DNA from: Hormiphora californensis
Taxonomy: Eukaryota > Animalia > Ctenophora
Reading direction: 5' to 3'
Length of the DNA: 64,000 nt
NCBI GenBank assembly: GCA_020137815.1
Contig: CM035350.1
Location: forward strand, 8,680,001-8,744,000
Numbering within the stretch: position 1 is the first letter of the stretch; every line of letters begins with the position of its first letter. The position numbers were made by a program, and so were the translations under genes. Below are positions 60,519 to 64,000 of this stretch, in pieces. The notes below the pieces were generated by a model that saw only the letters and a list, made by a program, of their open reading frames with translations, was not told where the DNA came from and did not search any database.

Positions 60519-63333
60519 GTTAAGGAGCTCAGGCACCTTGCCCACAAGGGAACGTCAGACAAGGCAGAGCAGCGCAAGATAGAGGAACAAAAGAGGAGGG
60601 AGGAAGAGAAGGCAAGAGGATATGAGAATGGCACATATATTCGTTACATGTGCATATTAATTTCCTGTCTATTTGTCAAATATGACATGTTTGCCGTCAG
60701 ACAGACCTATAGGATTCTAGAATTGTATAATTCATTTCTAATACACACGCACGCACACCCATTATTTTGGCACCGCATTATTGACGTAGCTGCACACTGC
60801 GAACATCCTAGTCCAGGACTTGTATTCCGGCATACCACACCTTCCCGCTATTCGATAACCGACAACAAATCATTTTCAAAACACCCCTACATAGGTAGTA
60901 TTTAAAGGTGTAGTAGGCTTACCAAACACCCCTACCCACTACCCCTACCCACTACCCCTACCCACGGGTTGTCATAGCGAGTATGAACAAAAGTGGCTGA
61001 TCTACAAAATATATCTGTAACCTTTCTAAATACCCTCTTTTTCAGGCAAAAGCGAAAGCTGCTGATGCAGACGGGGGCGGGTCCTCAGACGAGGAGGGAG
61101 AGGGAGGAACCAAGAAACGAAACGCTGACTACTCGCAGGATGTTGAGTAAGACATACAAATATTATGCAGTATATAAACCACCCTCGGGGTGATCTAGGT
61201 TAAAGATCTTGGGCTTCTCATACGCTAATCATAGCGTTCAAAGTCAAGTTATTTCACTTGTATTATTTAACTATCATAAATTCATATTTAACCCCTCTTT
61301 CCATCCTCTCTCTAGTGCGGCACATGAGAAAATCAACGTCGAGCAACTGTCAAAAAAGGAAGAGCTATTTCAGATAAGGTTCATTGTTCACAAAGCTCGT
61401 AAACTAGCAGGGGCGATCCAATCTCCCTTGGTCAGAATTCACCTTGATACGAAGGTTCTTCGGACGAAACCTCGCAAAGGAAAGAATCCCCGCTTCAATG
61501 AGGTATGTTGCTTGCTGATGCAATTTAATTATTGATGCATGGTTACCATGGTTACCTAACTCTACTCTATCTTTCTAGACACTTCTGTTCTCTGTTACTA
61601 AATCTGAGGCGGAGCTGGTCGAATGCCCTGTGGAGATAAGGGTCATTGATTCGGCAAAGAGCGTCCAATATTCCCTTATTGGTCTATACAAGGTATAAGG
61701 ATGAATAACTCCGGGCTGTAGGGCCACGCAGCCTTGCAAATGCAAAACATAATAAATGAAATTGCAGTTCGCGTCCTGATTTTTCATCACATGAATCACA
61801 TCTCTTGTTATGATGATCACAGATCAACACATGAAATTGTAAAGGCAGGGGTAAGGCAACAGCAATGCCAACTATATAACAACTCTCCTCCTTCTTCGCA
61901 GTGTGATCTATCCATTGCCTGGGTAACCAAGGACAAGAATTTGTTTTTCAAGTGGTTTGCACTGTCAAACCCTGATGAGCCGCAGGACGGCCTTACGGTA
62001 AGTAAAGGACAGCTTGAGCCATGCTTCAAAGAGCTTGTTAATTCCTTGCAACACATTTTGGATAACATAATTCCAATGCAGGGATACATCAACGTATCAA
62101 TACAAATCATCCCACCGGGGGAGTCGGCTAAGGACGCCCCCCGAAAGCGGGACGATGAGATCGACCGCTCAGATAATGTCTTTTTCCCACCCGGCATTTC
62201 TCTACAACCGGGTCGTTTTATTGTGAAACTCTTTAACGGAGAAGACATGCCACAGAGTAAGTGTTAGATTATAAAATAGGCGATTACACCTGATAATAAA
62301 TCCAAGAAAAGATCAAGAATGAGTTAGGCTATATTATAATGGAGTTGTTAGCCTGGTTATGCTACCTCATTCCCGCAACAATGTAAATCTAGGGGTTGAC
62401 ACTTTACCAAGCCATTGAAACTGATAGTAATCACGTCATATTAATTGTGTAGGCCATATATATATATATCATTATTACACGCCAGGTGACAAGAAACCTC
62501 TCTCGTTGTTTGGTGAGAGAAAGCAAAAACCAGTAAAAGAGGAATTAAAGAGAAAGCAAAAAGAACAAAGAGATAAAGGTTCATGAAAAGTTGCTTCAAA
62601 ATAACGAACATTCAGCCCATACCTGAACTAGATATCATTAAATCCCCTTTGACCCCTAAAACAATGCTTTGAGCTAGAGAAATTTTGGCGGAAAAATAAT
62701 GCACCGAGAATATACAAGCAGATTTCTAGACCAGATTTTAGGTAAAAGCAAATTTATTATAGACCACACTTTTCAAGACTGAGAGAGATGGAATTAATTG
62801 TTTGCCGGGAAAGCGAACGGGCAATGGTTTTAGTTTCATTCACAGTGCAGGTTTCATGGGCACAGTTTTTAAAAGCACTATATAGCTTATCAATGGTATA
62901 ATGTTATCCAAGAAAACCAGATAATTTAATGTAATTTCCTTCCTTTTAGTGGATGCTAACTATTTACCTGGGTTAAAAAACCTTCTGACGAACGATCCAG
63001 CGCCCACAGACGAGGTAAAATGAATATAAAGAACATTCGAGAAATTAACTTTCCGGCTACATTTAATAGCTCACTCAGCCGGAAAATAAATGGTACCTAC
63101 TTATAAACCGTTACTTATAAATCATTACAGCTATATAAACCGTAATATTTTCAGGAGGGCAATTCATTGAAACCGCAACTAGTCGATCCCTACGCGATAA
63201 TTCAGTTTGCCGGAGTGTCCGTGGAGGGCTCTGTTCAATACGAAACAAGTGACCCGGTATGGAATGAACAGATAGTCATTGAAGGGGATTTCCCTAGCAT
63301 GGCGGAACACATCGTCCTCAAACTATATGACAA
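60519..63333 (+). CDS. Ferlin (dysferlin/myoferlin-type), partial: C2B, FerI and C2C exons; gene continues beyond window
   Basis: FQIRFIVHKARKLAG..RTKPRKGKNPRFNE (61315-61503); LIGLYK|CDL..FFKWFALSNPDE; GYINVSIQIIPPGE..NVFFPPGI..GEDMPQ (62082-62256); LVDPYAIIQFAG..DPVWNEQI..FPSMAEHIVLKLYD (63155-63333). 5' exons uncertain (candidate 54922-54990). Confidence 0.9.
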
Positions 63334-63519
63334 GTATGTGACTTCGTTAAAGAATTTTCGTAAAACAACTTTGGAATCTATAGCGACGTCATACTAATCA
63401 TAAATCACAATCTTTCTTTTTTAATCAAACTGTAACAGCTTTACATAACTAATACAGTAGAGATGAAATGATCACTAATAATATAACCAATTAACTACTC
63501 ATTAGCGTAGTTTGAGAAT

Positions 63520-64000
63520 CTAGCCGTGTATGTATGCGTTCCAACGATCAATGAAATCCTGTGCAGATCCTGCTCCTGCCGCAGGAATTGTAGTATTTCT
63601 TCCAGTAGTCCTGCCTGTCCCCTAAAAGGAACAAAAGTTACAGATCTCTCTCGACCTCGAATTGGTCATTTAAATGAAAACATGAGTGTTTGTTGACAGT
63701 TTCGGCATCTAAAGGCCTTCTTCAGAACTCACATTAACGTAGATCTGAAGATCAAGACCATTTACCTGAAGACTAGAAGGAATTTGTAGTGGGATGTTGG
63801 AGATGAACATTCGAGAAGCTATTGCACTGTAAATGGGCTTTCTTGCATCTTTCCAGTCTGATGTCATCCAGTCAATCCCGTATAGCGAGCTTAATTTTGA
63901 CCATCTTTGCTTTGAGCGCCGGGTGAGCTCTGGTGTCTTGGGTAGATTTGAATCCAATACGATCAACTTGAAAGATTCCACCAGTAGTATCCAGCCCTAA
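63520..64000 (-). CDS. 3' part of a lysozyme-like-fold protein gene nested antisense in a ferlin intron (frameshift-masked)
   Basis: Exons 63766-64000 and 63520-63621; removing single-base insertions gives RAGYYGGIFQVDRIGFKSTQDTRAHPALK..KIKSLYGIDWMTSDWKDARKPIYSAIASRMFISNIPLQIPSSLQ|GQADYWKKYYNSAAGAGSAQDFIDRWNAYIHG*. Confidence 0.72.

Overview
Eukaryotic (animal) genomic DNA from a compact, intron-rich, AG/CT-microsatellite-rich genome. The orphan GPCR style, a CAGTCGGACCCCGATTTA MITE and nested genes suggest a cydippid ctenophore (Pleurobrachia-like); this is inference. Bases ~1-6000 and several AG tracts look like low-quality consensus (100-N gap, homopolymer garble), and single-base insertions interrupt several intact-looking ORFs. 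Genes: RGS22-like multi-exon gene (-, ~9.8-26.2 kb); four-TM claudin-like gene head-to-head with it; BTB-BACK-Kelch gene; CCDC178-like multi-exon gene; hexa-EF-hand calbindin/secretagogin-like gene; part of a ferlin; near full-length RTE-clade LINE. Three host genes each carry an antisense nested gene: a TATA-driven secreted protein with six C-x28-C helical repeats (in RGS22-like; best novelty candidate), a class A GPCR (in CCDC178-like), and a frameshift-masked lysozyme-like protein (in ferlin). There are several non-autonomous DNA transposons, including a 1.26-kb near-perfect foldback element and a G9/C9-terminated element with an 8-bp TSD. All homology calls are from manual translation and recalled motifs, not database searches.
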